Shown here: in pieces, positions 45,394 through 55,025 of the stretch
Numbering within the stretch: the first letter of the stretch is position 1
Layout of the letters: each line of letters begins with the position of its first letter
Origin: Sphingomonadaceae bacterium
GTDB lineage: Bacteria > Chloroflexota > UBA6077
Direction: 5' to 3'
Assembly: GCA_050261575.1 (NCBI GenBank)
Contig: JBLNDL010000096.1
Coordinates: 1-64,000 of the forward strand
Length of the DNA stretch: 64,000 nucleotides
The notes under the pieces: model-generated
The model's database searches: none
What the model saw: the letters and a program-made list of their open reading frames with translations, nothing else
What the model was told of the DNA's origin: nothing
Program-made: the position numbers and the translations under genes

Positions 45394-46779
45394 GTGAGAG
45401 CAGCAATTCTCGGTGGCGGCATCGCCGGATTGACCGCTGCCCACGAACTGGCAAGGGCGGGCCACACCGTCACTGTCTACGAGGCCGCTCCGCAGGCTGG
45501 GGGGCTCGCCTCGGGGTTCCGGGACGACCCGTGGGAATACCCGCTGGAGCGCTTCTACCACCACCTGTTCACGACGGACAGGGCGATCCGCGACCTCGTC
45601 GACGAGATCGGGTATGGCGGCAAGCTGGCCTTCTACCGACAGATCACCGCGCAGTGGTGGAACGGCCGGCCGCACGCCCTCCAGGGCGGGTCGGACGCCC
45701 TCGGACTCCAGTTAGGCCCGCTGCAGGCCCGGCTTCCCCTGCCCGACATCGTGGCCACCGGCCTCTCCGTCGTGGCTTTCCCCGGCATGCCGCTGCCGCA
45801 TCGCATGAGGATGGGCGCGGTGTCCGCCTACCTCAAGTACCTGGTGCGGGATTGGCGTCCGCTGGAGAGGTGGACGGCAGCCGACTGGACCCGGCGATGG
45901 ATGGGGGAGAGGGTGTACGCGGCATTCGTCCATCCGTTGTTGGAGGGGAAGTTCGGGCGGTACGCGGAACAGGTGAACATGGCCTGGCTCTGGGCTCGGC
46001 TGAAGACACGCAGCTTCAGGCTGGGCTACTTCGAGGGTGGCTTCCAGGGCTTCGTCGATGCGTTGGTGGCGCACGTGCGGCGTGCCGGCGTTCGAGTGGA
46101 GCTGGACACCCCGGTTGTCGCCCTAACGCCGCTCCCGGCGGGGGAGTGGCGGGTCGCCGCCGTCCCCAACCGTGGCTCCCGCGAGCCGGTCTCGGAGGAC
46201 TTCGACGCGGTGGTGGTCACGGGGTCTCCAGAGCTGCTGGCCAGGCTGCTGCCCCAGTTGCCCGTGGGTTACCTCGGCCAGGTGAAGAAGCTGAAATCCC
46301 TGGGCGCCGTGGTGATGACCATCGCACTGCGCCGGCCGCTCACCAAGAACGTCTACTGGATGAACCTGCCCAAGGACGAGTTCCCCTTCCTGGCCCTGGT
46401 GGAGCACACGAACATGATCTCCCCGAGGCACTACGGTGGGGACCACCTGGTCTACTGCGGCGACTACCTGGAGCCCGCGCACGAGTATTTCCAGTTGAGT
46501 CAGGAGGAGCTGCTGGAGCGCTTCCTGCCCGCGCTGAAGAAGGTGAACCCCGGTTTCGATCGGTCGTGGGTGAGGGCGAGCTGGCTGCATCGGGAGACCT
46601 ACGCGCAGCCGATCGTACCCGTGGACCACTCGCGGAACGTCCCGCCGCTATCCACACCCCTGCCTGGGGTTTTCTGGGCGAGCATGAGTCAGGTGTACCC
46701 GTGGGATCGGGGGACCAACTTCGCCGTGGAGCTGGGTCAGAGGGTGGCGAGAGAGGTGGTGCGGTCACCGAGGCCGTGA
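45394..46779 (+). CDS. FAD-dependent oxidoreductase (amine oxidase / protoporphyrinogen oxidase-like family)
   Basis: GGGIAGL..A, YEA...GGLA, ERFYHHLF and YPWDRGTN; GGGAGG RBS before GTG 45394. Confidence 0.85.
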   Translation: MRAAILGGGIAGLTAAHELARAGHTVTVYEAAPQAGGLASGFRDDPWEYPLERFYHHLFTTDRAIRDLVDEIGYGGKLAFYRQITAQWWNGRPHALQGGSDALGLQLGPLQARLPLPDIVATGLSVVAFPGMPLPHRMRMGAVSAYLKYLVRDWRPLERWTAADWTRRWMGERVYAAFVHPLLEGKFGRYAEQVNMAWLWARLKTRSFRLGYFEGGFQGFVDALVAHVRRAGVRVELDTPVVALTPLPAGEWRVAAVPNRGSREPVSEDFDAVVVTGSPELLARLLPQLPVGYLGQVKKLKSLGAVVMTIALRRPLTKNVYWMNLPKDEFPFLALVEHTNMISPRHYGGDHLVYCGDYLEPAHEYFQLSQEELLERFLPALKKVNPGFDRSWVRASWLHRETYAQPIVPVDHSRNVPPLSTPLPGVFWASMSQVYPWDRGTNFAVELGQRVAREVVRSPRP

Positions 46780-46786
46780 CTGCGTC

Positions 46787-47875
46787 TCACTGTCTCTCCT
46801 GCTCCCAGCGCTGGATCTCCTCCAGGAGAGCCTTGCCGGCCTCGGCCTCAGGCACTCGTCGGAGGAACTTGCCCTTTCGGTAGATCGCGATGGCCCCCTG
46901 ACCCCCGACCACCGCGAGGTCGGCCTCGGCGGCCTCGCCTGGCCCGTTCACCACGCAGCACATGACCGCCACGTGCAGCTCGGTCCTCACGTCCGCCAGC
47001 ACCTCCTCCACCTGCCTGACCAGCTTCAGGAGGTCGACCTCCGTCCGGCCACAGGTGGGGCAGGAGGTGAGCACCGGGCCCCGGGCGCGAAGCTCCAACC
47101 CCTTCAGGATCTCGTAGGCGACCCTGACCTCCTCGGCCTTGTCGGGCGTGGTGAGGGACACCCGCACGGTATCACCTATCCCCTCGGCCAGCAGAGTGCC
47201 GATGCCCACCGAGGACTTGATGGTTCCGGCCCAGGAGGTGCCCGACTCGGTGACACCCAGATGCAATGGGTAATCGGTGGCCTGAGACAGCAGCCGGTAG
47301 GCGGCGATTGTCCGGGGGACATCGCTGAACTTCACGGAGATCACGATGTCCCGAAACTCCAGCTTCTCGAGCAGTCGCACGTGGCCCATGGCGGACTCTA
47401 CCGCGGCCTCGGGTGTCGGGTAGCCGTACTTCTTGAGCAGTGGGGCCTCGATGGAGCCGCTGTTGACGCCGATCCGGATGGGCACGCGGCGGGCGCTGGC
47501 GGCCTCCACCACGGCCTCGACCCCCTTCCAGCCCTGCTTCATCAGGACGTTGCCGGGGTTCAGCCTCACCTTGTCGACGCCTGCCTCGATCGCCGCCAGA
47601 GCCAACTCGTAATCGAAGTGTATGTCCGCCACCAGCGGTATGTGGATCCGCTGCCTGATTGCTGCCAGCGCCTTGGCAGCGGCTCGGTCCGGCACCGCGA
47701 CTCGGACGATCTCGCAGCCGGCCTCCTCCAGCCGGAGGATCTGATCGACGGTGGCCTGCACGTCGCCGGTGTCCGTGCTGCACATCGACTGCACGCGGAT
47801 CGGCGCGTTGCCGCCCACGATGACGCCGCCCACGTCGACCTGTCTGGTTGTCCTTCTCTGTTGTTTCAATCCCAC
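46787..47875 (-). CDS. ispG: 4-hydroxy-3-methylbut-2-en-1-yl diphosphate synthase
   Basis: VQSM, PLVADIHF, RLNPGN, IRIGVNSGS, YPLHLGVTE, GIGDTVRVSL, SCPTCGR and CVVNGPGE. Confidence 0.96.
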   Translation of the reverse strand: MGLKQQRRTTRQVDVGGVIVGGNAPIRVQSMCSTDTGDVQATVDQILRLEEAGCEIVRVAVPDRAAAKALAAIRQRIHIPLVADIHFDYELALAAIEAGVDKVRLNPGNVLMKQGWKGVEAVVEAASARRVPIRIGVNSGSIEAPLLKKYGYPTPEAAVESAMGHVRLLEKLEFRDIVISVKFSDVPRTIAAYRLLSQATDYPLHLGVTESGTSWAGTIKSSVGIGTLLAEGIGDTVRVSLTTPDKAEEVRVAYEILKGLELRARGPVLTSCPTCGRTEVDLLKLVRQVEEVLADVRTELHVAVMCCVVNGPGEAAEADLAVVGGQGAIAIYRKGKFLRRVPEAEAGKALLEEIQRWEQERQ

Positions 47876-47881
47876 GGGCCC

Positions 47882-48745
47882 TCACCCCTGCCCTGCTTGG
47901 TGCTCAGTCCTCATCGCTTCCAGCCGGGCGACCACCTCGTCGATGTCCCGGTCCCGGGTGGAGGCGCCTGCCGCCACCCCGATCCGAGTCACCCCCTCGA
48001 TCCACTCGGGCTGCAGGTCCTCGGCGGTCTCCACCTGATAGGTGGGGCAGTGCTCCAGGCATACCTCCACCAGCCGCCGGGTGTTGGAGCTGTCCCGCCC
48101 GCCGACCACCACCATCGCATCGACCTGCCGGGCGATCTCCGCGGCCTCCTCCTGGGCCCTTTGCGTGAAGTCGCAGATATGGCCCTGATCCTCGAAGCGA
48201 TCGCACCTCTCTCTGAGAACGCGGCACACCTCGGCATACTCGCGCTGCGAGGAGGTGGTCTGGGCGATGGCCGCGATCTTGGGGTAGTAGCTCAGTCCCG
48301 CCGCCTCCTCGGCGGACTCGACGATGATCCCGCGCTGCGTGTGAGCCACGGTGGCCCTCGCCTCGGGGTGGTTCTTGTGGCCGAAGAGCACCACCTGGAA
48401 CCCTTGTTCCTCCAGGGCTCGAGCCCGCCGCTGGACGTTGCGCACGATGCCGCAGGTGCCGTCTATCAGCCGGAGCCCCAGTTGCTGGGAACGCTCGTAG
48501 ACTGCCGGGCCCTCTCCGTGTGCTCTCAGGATGAAAGGGGTTCCCGGCTGCACTCCGTCGGCCTGGGACAGATCCAGGAGACGGATGCCCATCTCCTCCA
48601 GTTCGTTCATTGCCGGGGTGTTGTGGATCAGCTTGCCCGATATGTAGACCGGGGTGCCGGAGGCGGCTTCCCTCGTCGCCAGCTTCCAAGCCCTCTTCAC
48701 CCCACCGCAGAAGCCCGCGTACCGGGTGGCCCGGATTACCTCCAC
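47882..48745 (-). CDS. ispH: 4-hydroxy-3-methylbut-2-enyl diphosphate reductase
   Basis: GFCGGVKRA, IHN, RAHG, DGTC, HPE, QTT, IC, SSNT and AGAST. Confidence 0.92.
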   Translation of the reverse strand: MEVIRATRYAGFCGGVKRAWKLATREAASGTPVYISGKLIHNTPAMNELEEMGIRLLDLSQADGVQPGTPFILRAHGEGPAVYERSQQLGLRLIDGTCGIVRNVQRRARALEEQGFQVVLFGHKNHPEARATVAHTQRGIIVESAEEAAGLSYYPKIAAIAQTTSSQREYAEVCRVLRERCDRFEDQGHICDFTQRAQEEAAEIARQVDAMVVVGGRDSSNTRRLVEVCLEHCPTYQVETAEDLQPEWIEGVTRIGVAAGASTRDRDIDEVVARLEAMRTEHQAGQG

Positions 48746-48878
48746 ACTCTACCTCTATTCTAGGGTGCCACAGCTACTGGGCTGGGCATAGGCCCGTGCA
48801 AACGGTTTGGTCTCTTGTAGATTCTAACTCCCGTTTCTGCTAGCATCAACGTGTTGTGGTGTAGGGAGGACGCTCGCT

Positions 48879-50777
48879 TTGTCAGACTACTCCGTGTTGA
48901 ACCGCATAGACGATCCGCGTCAGCTAGTGGCTCTCTCCTCGGCGGAGTTGAAGCAACTGGCGGCGGAGATACGGCAGTTCCTCTTGGAGGCTGTTCCCAT
49001 CACCGGAGGGCACCTCTCCTCGAACCTTGGTGTCGTGGAATTGACCATAGCGCTGCATCGAGTCTTCGAGAGCCCTCGGGACAAGATCGTGTGGGACGTG
49101 GGGCATCAGGGCTACGTCCACAAGCTGCTGACCGGGCGCCGGGACAGCTTCCTGACCCAACGCCAGCACGGCGGCATCTCCGGTTTCCTGGTGAGGGAGG
49201 AGAGTCCGCACGACCATTTCGGGGCCGGCCACGCCGGTACCTCCGTCTCGGCGGCCCTCGGGATGGCCGTGGCGCGAGACCAGAAGCGGGAGAACCACCA
49301 CGTGGTGGCGGTGATCGGTGACGGATCGCTGACCTGCGGGATGGCGTTGGAGGCGATGAATCACGCTGGGCACCTGGGCACCCGCCTGATCGTGGTGCTG
49401 AACGACAACGAGATGTCCATCGCCCACAACGTGGGCGCCATCTCCCGGGCCCTGAACCGGTTGCGTGTGGACCCGCGCTACCACAAGGCGAAGGAGGAGA
49501 TGGATCAGTTGCTGCAGCGGCTGCCGGGAGGCAGTGGGGCGACCGATGCCGGGCGGAAGGTGCTCCACGGCCTGAAGGCACTGGTGCTGCCCAACCTCCT
49601 GTGGGAGGAGCTGGGCTTTACGTTCGTCGGCCCGGTGGACGGTCACAATCTGGCGGAGTTGGAGGAGGCGCTGGAGCGTGCCAAGGAGTACGCGAAGCCG
49701 TGCGTCATCCACGTGCGGACCCAGAAGGGGCACGGTTACGGGCCAGCCGAGGAGGACGCGACCAAGTGGCACGGCGTGGCGCCGAACGGCTCCGGCAAGA
49801 GGATCGGCCCCAGCTACACGGAGGTCTTCGGAAACACCATCCTCCGCGAGATGCGGTCGAACCCCCGGGTGGTGGCCGTCACCGCCGCCATGCCCGACGG
49901 GACCGGGCTGTCCATCGCGGCGAAGGAGTACCCGACCCGGGTCTACGACGTCGGGATCGCGGAGCAGCACGCCGTGACCTTCGCAGCGGGGTTGGCCAGC
50001 CAGGGCCTGGTGCCCGTTACCGCCATCTACTCCACCTTCCTGCAGCGCTCCTTCGACCAACTGATCCACGACGTGTGCATCCAGAGGCTGCCCGTATTCT
50101 TCGGGATCGATAGAGCGGGGATCGTGGGCGACGACGGGAAAACCCACCAGGGGCTGTTCGACCTCAGCTACCTGCGGATGATCCCTGACCTGGTGGTGGC
50201 CGCGCCGAGGAACGAGAACGAGTTGCAGCATCTCGTGCACACGGGCATCCAGTACGTGGCCGAGGGGCGAGGGGCTTTCGCCGTGCGGTATCCCCGCGGA
50301 GCTGGCACGGGCGAGCCGATGGACGAGGAGCCTCGTGTGTTGCCCATCGGAAGGGGGGAGCTGCTGCGGGACGGAAGCGACCTGGCGATCCTGGCCATCG
50401 GCAACGTGGTTCCGGCGGCCTTGGAGGCTGCTGGCCTGCTAGAGGAGCGGGGGATCAAGTGTGCCGTGGTGGATGCCCGATTCCTGAAGCCGCTGGACGA
50501 GGACCTCATCCTGGAGACGGTCCGGCGCTGCCGCTGGGCGATGACGGTGGAGGAGAACGTGGTGGCCGGAGGCTTCGGAGCCGCCGTGCTCGAACTCCTG
50601 TCGGCCAGGCAGGTGACGGGGGTTCAGGTGGAGGTAGTGGGGATCCCCGATGCCTTCGTGGAGCACGGGCAGCCGTCGCTGCTGCGGGAGAAGTATGGTC
50701 TGGATAGCGCGGGCATCGCCAGGCGGGCCATGGATCGCTTCCCCCTGGTGAGCCCAACCGTGAAGGTGGGGGCCTGA
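48879..50777 (+). CDS. dxs: 1-deoxy-D-xylulose-5-phosphate synthase
   Basis: GGHLSSNLG, WDVGHQ, IGDGSLT..LNDN, DVGIAEQHA, DGKTHQG and RYPRG. Confidence 0.96.
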   Translation: MSDYSVLNRIDDPRQLVALSSAELKQLAAEIRQFLLEAVPITGGHLSSNLGVVELTIALHRVFESPRDKIVWDVGHQGYVHKLLTGRRDSFLTQRQHGGISGFLVREESPHDHFGAGHAGTSVSAALGMAVARDQKRENHHVVAVIGDGSLTCGMALEAMNHAGHLGTRLIVVLNDNEMSIAHNVGAISRALNRLRVDPRYHKAKEEMDQLLQRLPGGSGATDAGRKVLHGLKALVLPNLLWEELGFTFVGPVDGHNLAELEEALERAKEYAKPCVIHVRTQKGHGYGPAEEDATKWHGVAPNGSGKRIGPSYTEVFGNTILREMRSNPRVVAVTAAMPDGTGLSIAAKEYPTRVYDVGIAEQHAVTFAAGLASQGLVPVTAIYSTFLQRSFDQLIHDVCIQRLPVFFGIDRAGIVGDDGKTHQGLFDLSYLRMIPDLVVAAPRNENELQHLVHTGIQYVAEGRGAFAVRYPRGAGTGEPMDEEPRVLPIGRGELLRDGSDLAILAIGNVVPAALEAAGLLEERGIKCAVVDARFLKPLDEDLILETVRRCRWAMTVEENVVAGGFGAAVLELLSARQVTGVQVEVVGIPDAFVEHGQPSLLREKYGLDSAGIARRAMDRFPLVSPTVKVGA

Positions 50778-50784
50778 GACGTCG

Positions 50785-51150
50785 ATGGCCGAGGACAAGA
50801 TCATCCTGCAGGGCATGACCTTCTACGGGTTTCACGGCGTGAATCCGGAGGAGCGGGAGCTGGGTCAACGGTTCGTGGTGGACCTGGAGCTGAGCAAGGA
50901 CCTATCCGCAGCCGGCCTCTCGGACGACCTGGGGATGACGGTCAACTACGCGGCGGTGTTCAAGGTGGCCCGTGAGGTGGTGGAGGGGGATGCCTGCCGG
51001 TTGATCGAGACGGTGGCCGAGCGGCTCGCCGCCGCCATCCTGGCGCGGTTTCCGGTGGAGGCAGTGCGGGTGCGGGTCCGGAAGCCGTGGGCGCCGATCA
51101 AGGGTAGCGTCCTCGACTTCGTGGCCGTCGAGATCCACCGGAAACGTTGA
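50785..51150 (+). CDS. folB: Dihydroneopterin aldolase
   Basis: FYGFHGV..EERELGQRF, TVNYA, LIETVAE and VRKP. Confidence 0.95.
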   Translation: MAEDKIILQGMTFYGFHGVNPEERELGQRFVVDLELSKDLSAAGLSDDLGMTVNYAAVFKVAREVVEGDACRLIETVAERLAAAILARFPVEAVRVRVRKPWAPIKGSVLDFVAVEIHRKR

Positions 51151-51166
51151 TATCTATGATTGCTAA

Positions 51167-51195
51167 TTGACAAAACCCCGCTGCTTTGGTACCAT
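51167..51195 (+). promoter_or_regulatory. sigma70 promoter for SufR-like regulator 2
   Basis: TTGACA-17 nt-TACCAT with extended TG. Overlaps the ORF-track start at 51160, so the true start is downstream. Confidence 0.75.
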
Positions 51196-51273
51196 AGCGG
51201 GCACCACCCCCTTTTCACCCGGCTGCCTGCTTACCGGGTTGGCGGCTGCCTGGAATCCTCAGCGGAGGCAGTG

Positions 51274-51882
51274 GTGCAGAAGACACGTCGGCAGATCCTC
51301 GACCTCTTGAAGCTGAGGGGTCGGGCGACCCTCGAAGACCTGGCAAGGGAGATCGGCCTCTCGGGGGTGACTATCCGATCCCACCTTTCAGTGCTGGAGC
51401 GAGACGACCTCATCACCTCCGAGGAGGTCCGCGGCAAGGTTGGTCGTCCCCATTTCGTCTACTCCTTGGCCAGCAGAGCCGAGGAGGTGTTCCCCACTTC
51501 CTACCACACGGTGGCCAACCGTTTCCTGGAGGGTTTCAGACGCGTCGCAAGCCCCGAGCAGATGAGTCGGCTGGTGGAGTTGGTGGCCGAGCAATGGGCT
51601 GCCGAGAAGGCGGGGCGGCTGGCGGGAAAGCACCTGAAGGAGCGGGTCGCCGAAGTGGTTCGGATCCGCACCGAAGAGGGGGCCATCGCCGAGTGGGAAC
51701 AGACCGAAGATGGCTACCTCGTGCGGCAGCACCACTGTCCGGCCAGTCGCGTTGCCCAGGGGAACCCTGAGGTGTGCCAGGCCGAACTGAGGTACCTGGA
51801 GCTACTCCTCGGGGTGCCGGTGGAGCGAGAGAACCACCGTCGCGACGGCGACATCAAGTGCGTCTACCGAATCAGAGGCTGA
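51274..51882 (+). CDS. SufR-like HTH regulator (copy 2)
   Basis: TRRQILDLLK, IRSHL, VGRP..YSL...FP..Y and HHCP...EVC...KC; GGAGG before GTG 51271/51274. Confidence 0.82.
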   Translation: MQKTRRQILDLLKLRGRATLEDLAREIGLSGVTIRSHLSVLERDDLITSEEVRGKVGRPHFVYSLASRAEEVFPTSYHTVANRFLEGFRRVASPEQMSRLVELVAEQWAAEKAGRLAGKHLKERVAEVVRIRTEEGAIAEWEQTEDGYLVRQHHCPASRVAQGNPEVCQAELRYLELLLGVPVERENHRRDGDIKCVYRIRG

Positions 51883-51986
51883 ACTCTCCCTCCCTTCTCT
51901 CGCGTCTGCGTGCCCCAGGGGGAACCGCCCCGCTAGCAGGGCATTTGCCCGTGGAACGGCATGCAGAGGGGGCCATCGCTTGGCGT

Positions 51987-52015
51987 TTGACGCGCTCTAC
52001 GTCTACTGTTAGCAT
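51987..52015 (+). promoter_or_regulatory. sigma70 promoter for nfu
   Basis: TTGACG-17 nt-TAGCAT with extended TG. Confidence 0.65.
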
Positions 52016-52056
52016 TTCGTTGGGGCTTCCCGATTGTGCTGAAAGGGGTACGGACG

Positions 52057-52281
52057 TTGGAGGATAGAGTCACCAAGGTGCTGGACGCGATCCGGCCGGG
52101 CTTGCAGATGGATGGTGGTGACATCGAGTTGGTTGGCATCGAGGATGGCGTGGTCAAGGTTCGGCTGACGGGGGCCTGCGCCGGCTGCCCCATGTCGATG
52201 ATGACGCTGCAAATGGGCGTCGAGCGGGCCATCAAGCGCGAGGTTCCGGAAGTCGTCAGAGTAGAGGCGGTACCTTTCTAA
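52057..52281 (+). CDS. NifU-C/Nfu family Fe-S carrier
   Basis: IRPGLQMDGGDIELV and GACAGCPMSMMTL. Confidence 0.93.
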   Translation: MEDRVTKVLDAIRPGLQMDGGDIELVGIEDGVVKVRLTGACAGCPMSMMTLQMGVERAIKREVPEVVRVEAVPF

Positions 52282-52299
52282 TACTCCGCCAACCTGGTC

Positions 52300-52328
52300 G
52301 TAGGGCAGGGGACAAGCCCCTGCCCTAC
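52300..52328. repeat. GTAG-type REP-like palindrome between convergent genes
   Basis: GTAGGGCAGGGG-ACAAG-CCCCTGCCCTAC. Confidence 0.7.
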
Positions 52329-52331
52329 TCG

Positions 52332-53756
52332 TCACTTCTGCCGCCAGAAGTGGAGCGCCTGGCCGATCACGATGTCGTCGGCTGCCTCGCCCAGGGCCTC
52401 GCTCCCAGTCGGGTGGGGATACACGTTCAAGGCGAGTTCCTCGGGCGTCGCCTCCAGCAGCCGTGCCAGGGCCGGACCCTGGATCATCTCGGTGACCCTG
52501 GGGCCGATGAGGTGTACGCCCAGGATCTCCATGCTATCCTCGTCGGCCACGATCTTGGCGAAGCCCTCCCGCTCCCCGAGGATCGTCGCCATGCTGTTCG
52601 CCGAGAAGGGGAAGTGGCCCACCTTGACCCGGTGACCCTGTGCCGTCGCCTCGGCCTCGCTCAGCCCAATGGAGGCCACCTGCGGCCGGCAGTAGGTGCA
52701 GCGTGGGATGCGGTTGTAGTCCAGGGGATGGGGGTTCCGGCCGAGGATGGTCTCCACGGCCACGAATCCCTCGTGGGTGGCCTTGTGGGCTAGCATCAAC
52801 CCCCCTACCACGTCACCGATGGCATAGAGGTGGGGCACGCCCGTGCGCATCTGCCCGTCCACCTGGATGAAGCCTCGCTCGATCCTCACCCCGAGACTCT
52901 CCAGCCCGATGCCGCTCGTCACGGGCGCCCGGCCCGTGGCCACCAGCAGTCGCTCGCCCGACAGCCGCTCCCTGGAGCCGTCGGCCTTCTCCACCTCCAG
53001 TTCCACGTGGTCGGAGAAGGTGCGGACGCTGTCCAGCACCGCCTTGGTGCCTGTCAGCACACGGATGCCTCTCCGGTTGAACAGCTTCGCCACCTCCTCG
53101 CCGATCTCCGCATCCTCCAGGGGCAGCACCCTGGGCAGCACCTCGACCAGGCTGATCTCGACGCCCATGTCGTTCCAGCCGGAGGCGAACTCCACCCCGA
53201 TGGCACCTGCCCCGAGGATGATCACCGAGCGGGGAAGCACCGCCATGGTGGCAGCGTGGTCGCTATTGATCAGCCGATCGCCGTCGATGTTCAGCCCAGG
53301 GAGACCCTTGGGCGTGGATCCCGTGGCGACGATGATGTCGGTTGCCGTCACCTGGGTGCTGCTACCCCCTTCGGCCGGTTGGACGCTGATGGTCGTGGGG
53401 GACGTGATCTTCCCCTCTCCGCGAATCAACGTGACCCCATTCTTCTTGAAGAGCCACTCGATCCCGCCCGTGTGTTGGGCGACGACCTTCTCCCTCCGTT
53501 TGGACACCTGAGCGTAGTCCAGGGATACGTCGGAGGCCCGAACTCCGTACTCCGCCCCGCCCTGGGTGTGCTTGAGGACCTCGGCGCTCTCCAGGATCAC
53601 CTTCGTGGGGATGCAGCCCCAGTGCAGGCAGGTCCCTCCCAACTTGTACTTCTCGACGACGGCTACCTTCAGGCCCAACTGGGCGGCTCGAATTGCCGCC
53701 GGGTAACCCCCGGGTCCGCCGCCAAGGATCGCCAAGTCGAAGCGTTCCCCGTTCAT
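52332..53756 (-). CDS. lpdA: Dihydrolipoyl dehydrogenase
   Basis: GGGPGGY, GGTCLHWGCIP, GAGAIGVE, YAIGDV and HPTGSE. Confidence 0.92.
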   Translation of the reverse strand: MNGERFDLAILGGGPGGYPAAIRAAQLGLKVAVVEKYKLGGTCLHWGCIPTKVILESAEVLKHTQGGAEYGVRASDVSLDYAQVSKRREKVVAQHTGGIEWLFKKNGVTLIRGEGKITSPTTISVQPAEGGSSTQVTATDIIVATGSTPKGLPGLNIDGDRLINSDHAATMAVLPRSVIILGAGAIGVEFASGWNDMGVEISLVEVLPRVLPLEDAEIGEEVAKLFNRRGIRVLTGTKAVLDSVRTFSDHVELEVEKADGSRERLSGERLLVATGRAPVTSGIGLESLGVRIERGFIQVDGQMRTGVPHLYAIGDVVGGLMLAHKATHEGFVAVETILGRNPHPLDYNRIPRCTYCRPQVASIGLSEAEATAQGHRVKVGHFPFSANSMATILGEREGFAKIVADEDSMEILGVHLIGPRVTEMIQGPALARLLEATPEELALNVYPHPTGSEALGEAADDIVIGQALHFWRQK

Positions 53757-53970
53757 CGTTCCTCCCGTTACTCCCGTCGCAAGCGTTCAGCCTCGGGTGA
53801 TCTCACCGTTCCCGGGCCAAACGCTGAGGTGTCATGGCTGATCGTCCCCAATGGTATCACTTTTCAGGGGGTTGTTGCCCGCTGGGGTAGTTGGCCCAGT
53901 GCAACCTCATGGACTATGATAGAGCCGCCAATCGGTAGCCGATGGTTGCCCAAACAGGCGGGAGGAAGGT

Positions 53971-54879
53971 ATGAGCCAAGCAACGAAGCAGACTGTTGGT
54001 TTCATCGGTCTTGGGATCATGGGGCGGCCCATGTCCCAGCACCTACTGAAGGCGGGATACCCGTTGGTGGTCTACGACATCGTTCCTGCGGGCGTCCAGG
54101 AGTTGGTGGCGGCTGGGGCGAAGGCTGCGGGCTCGTCCGCCGAGGTCGCCGCCCAGTCCGACCTGGTGATCACCATGCTGCCCGATTCGCCCGACGTGGA
54201 GTTGGCCTACATGGGGCCCAATGGGGTGCTGCAGGGCGCCAGGAAGGGCACCATTCTGGTTGACATGAGTACCATCTCCCCGACGGTGGCCAAGAAGGTC
54301 GCGGAGGCGGCGGAGAAGCAGGGCTGCCCCATGCTGGACGCGCCGGTGAGCGGAGGCGACGTGGGCGCCAAGAACGCCACCCTATCGATCATGGTCGGCG
54401 GCAAGCCCGAGGTCTTCGAGAAGGTGAAACCGGTCTTCGACGTGATGGGCAAGCCTACCCTGTGCGGGGAGAGCGGCGCCGGTCAGGTGGTGAAGGCATG
54501 TAACCAGATCCTCGTCGCGGTGACCCTGGTGGGGATGGGTGAGGCGTTGGTGCTTGGCGCCAAGGCCGGCGTGGATCCGGAGATCGTGGTCAAGGTGCTC
54601 AGCGGCGGCCTGGCTCGGTGCGGCGTGCTCGAGAACCGCGGTGTACGGGTGACGAAGAGGGACTTCGCCCCCGGCTTCCGGAGCCGACTCCACTACAAGG
54701 ACCTGAACATCATCCGCGAGGCGGGCAGGGCGTACAACTGCACGCTGCCGGCCTCCGCCCTCGCCCACGAGCTGTTCGGGGCCATGCAGGCCCTCGGCTG
54801 GGGAGAACTGGACCACTCCGCCGTGGTGAAGGTGATCGAGACCCTCTCCAACACCGAGGTCAAGGCCCACAACGGGTAG
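53971..54879 (+). CDS. 2-hydroxy-3-oxopropionate reductase (GarR/GlxR family beta-hydroxyacid dehydrogenase)
   Basis: GFIGLGIMG, DMSTISP, LDAPVSGG, GQVVKACNQI and FAPGF...HYKDL. Confidence 0.88.
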   Translation: MSQATKQTVGFIGLGIMGRPMSQHLLKAGYPLVVYDIVPAGVQELVAAGAKAAGSSAEVAAQSDLVITMLPDSPDVELAYMGPNGVLQGARKGTILVDMSTISPTVAKKVAEAAEKQGCPMLDAPVSGGDVGAKNATLSIMVGGKPEVFEKVKPVFDVMGKPTLCGESGAGQVVKACNQILVAVTLVGMGEALVLGAKAGVDPEIVVKVLSGGLARCGVLENRGVRVTKRDFAPGFRSRLHYKDLNIIREAGRAYNCTLPASALAHELFGAMQALGWGELDHSAVVKVIETLSNTEVKAHNG

Positions 54880-55025
54880 GGATATCCGAGAGAAGTAGGG
54901 CAGGGCCGTGTGCCCTCCCGTCCGGTCCCTCGGGTGTGACGGAGGGGGACAGGTGACGCGAGCCCGCGAGGCGAACTGGCGCAGCCTCGCGGGCTCGCCT
55001 GCCCTACACATCGAATGCTCGCTCC

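Noticed and set aside
52332..53756. lpdA as part of a pyruvate dehydrogenase or glycine cleavage operon
   Set aside because: No E1/E2 or gcv genes are adjacent; a stand-alone lpdA is common and unremarkable.
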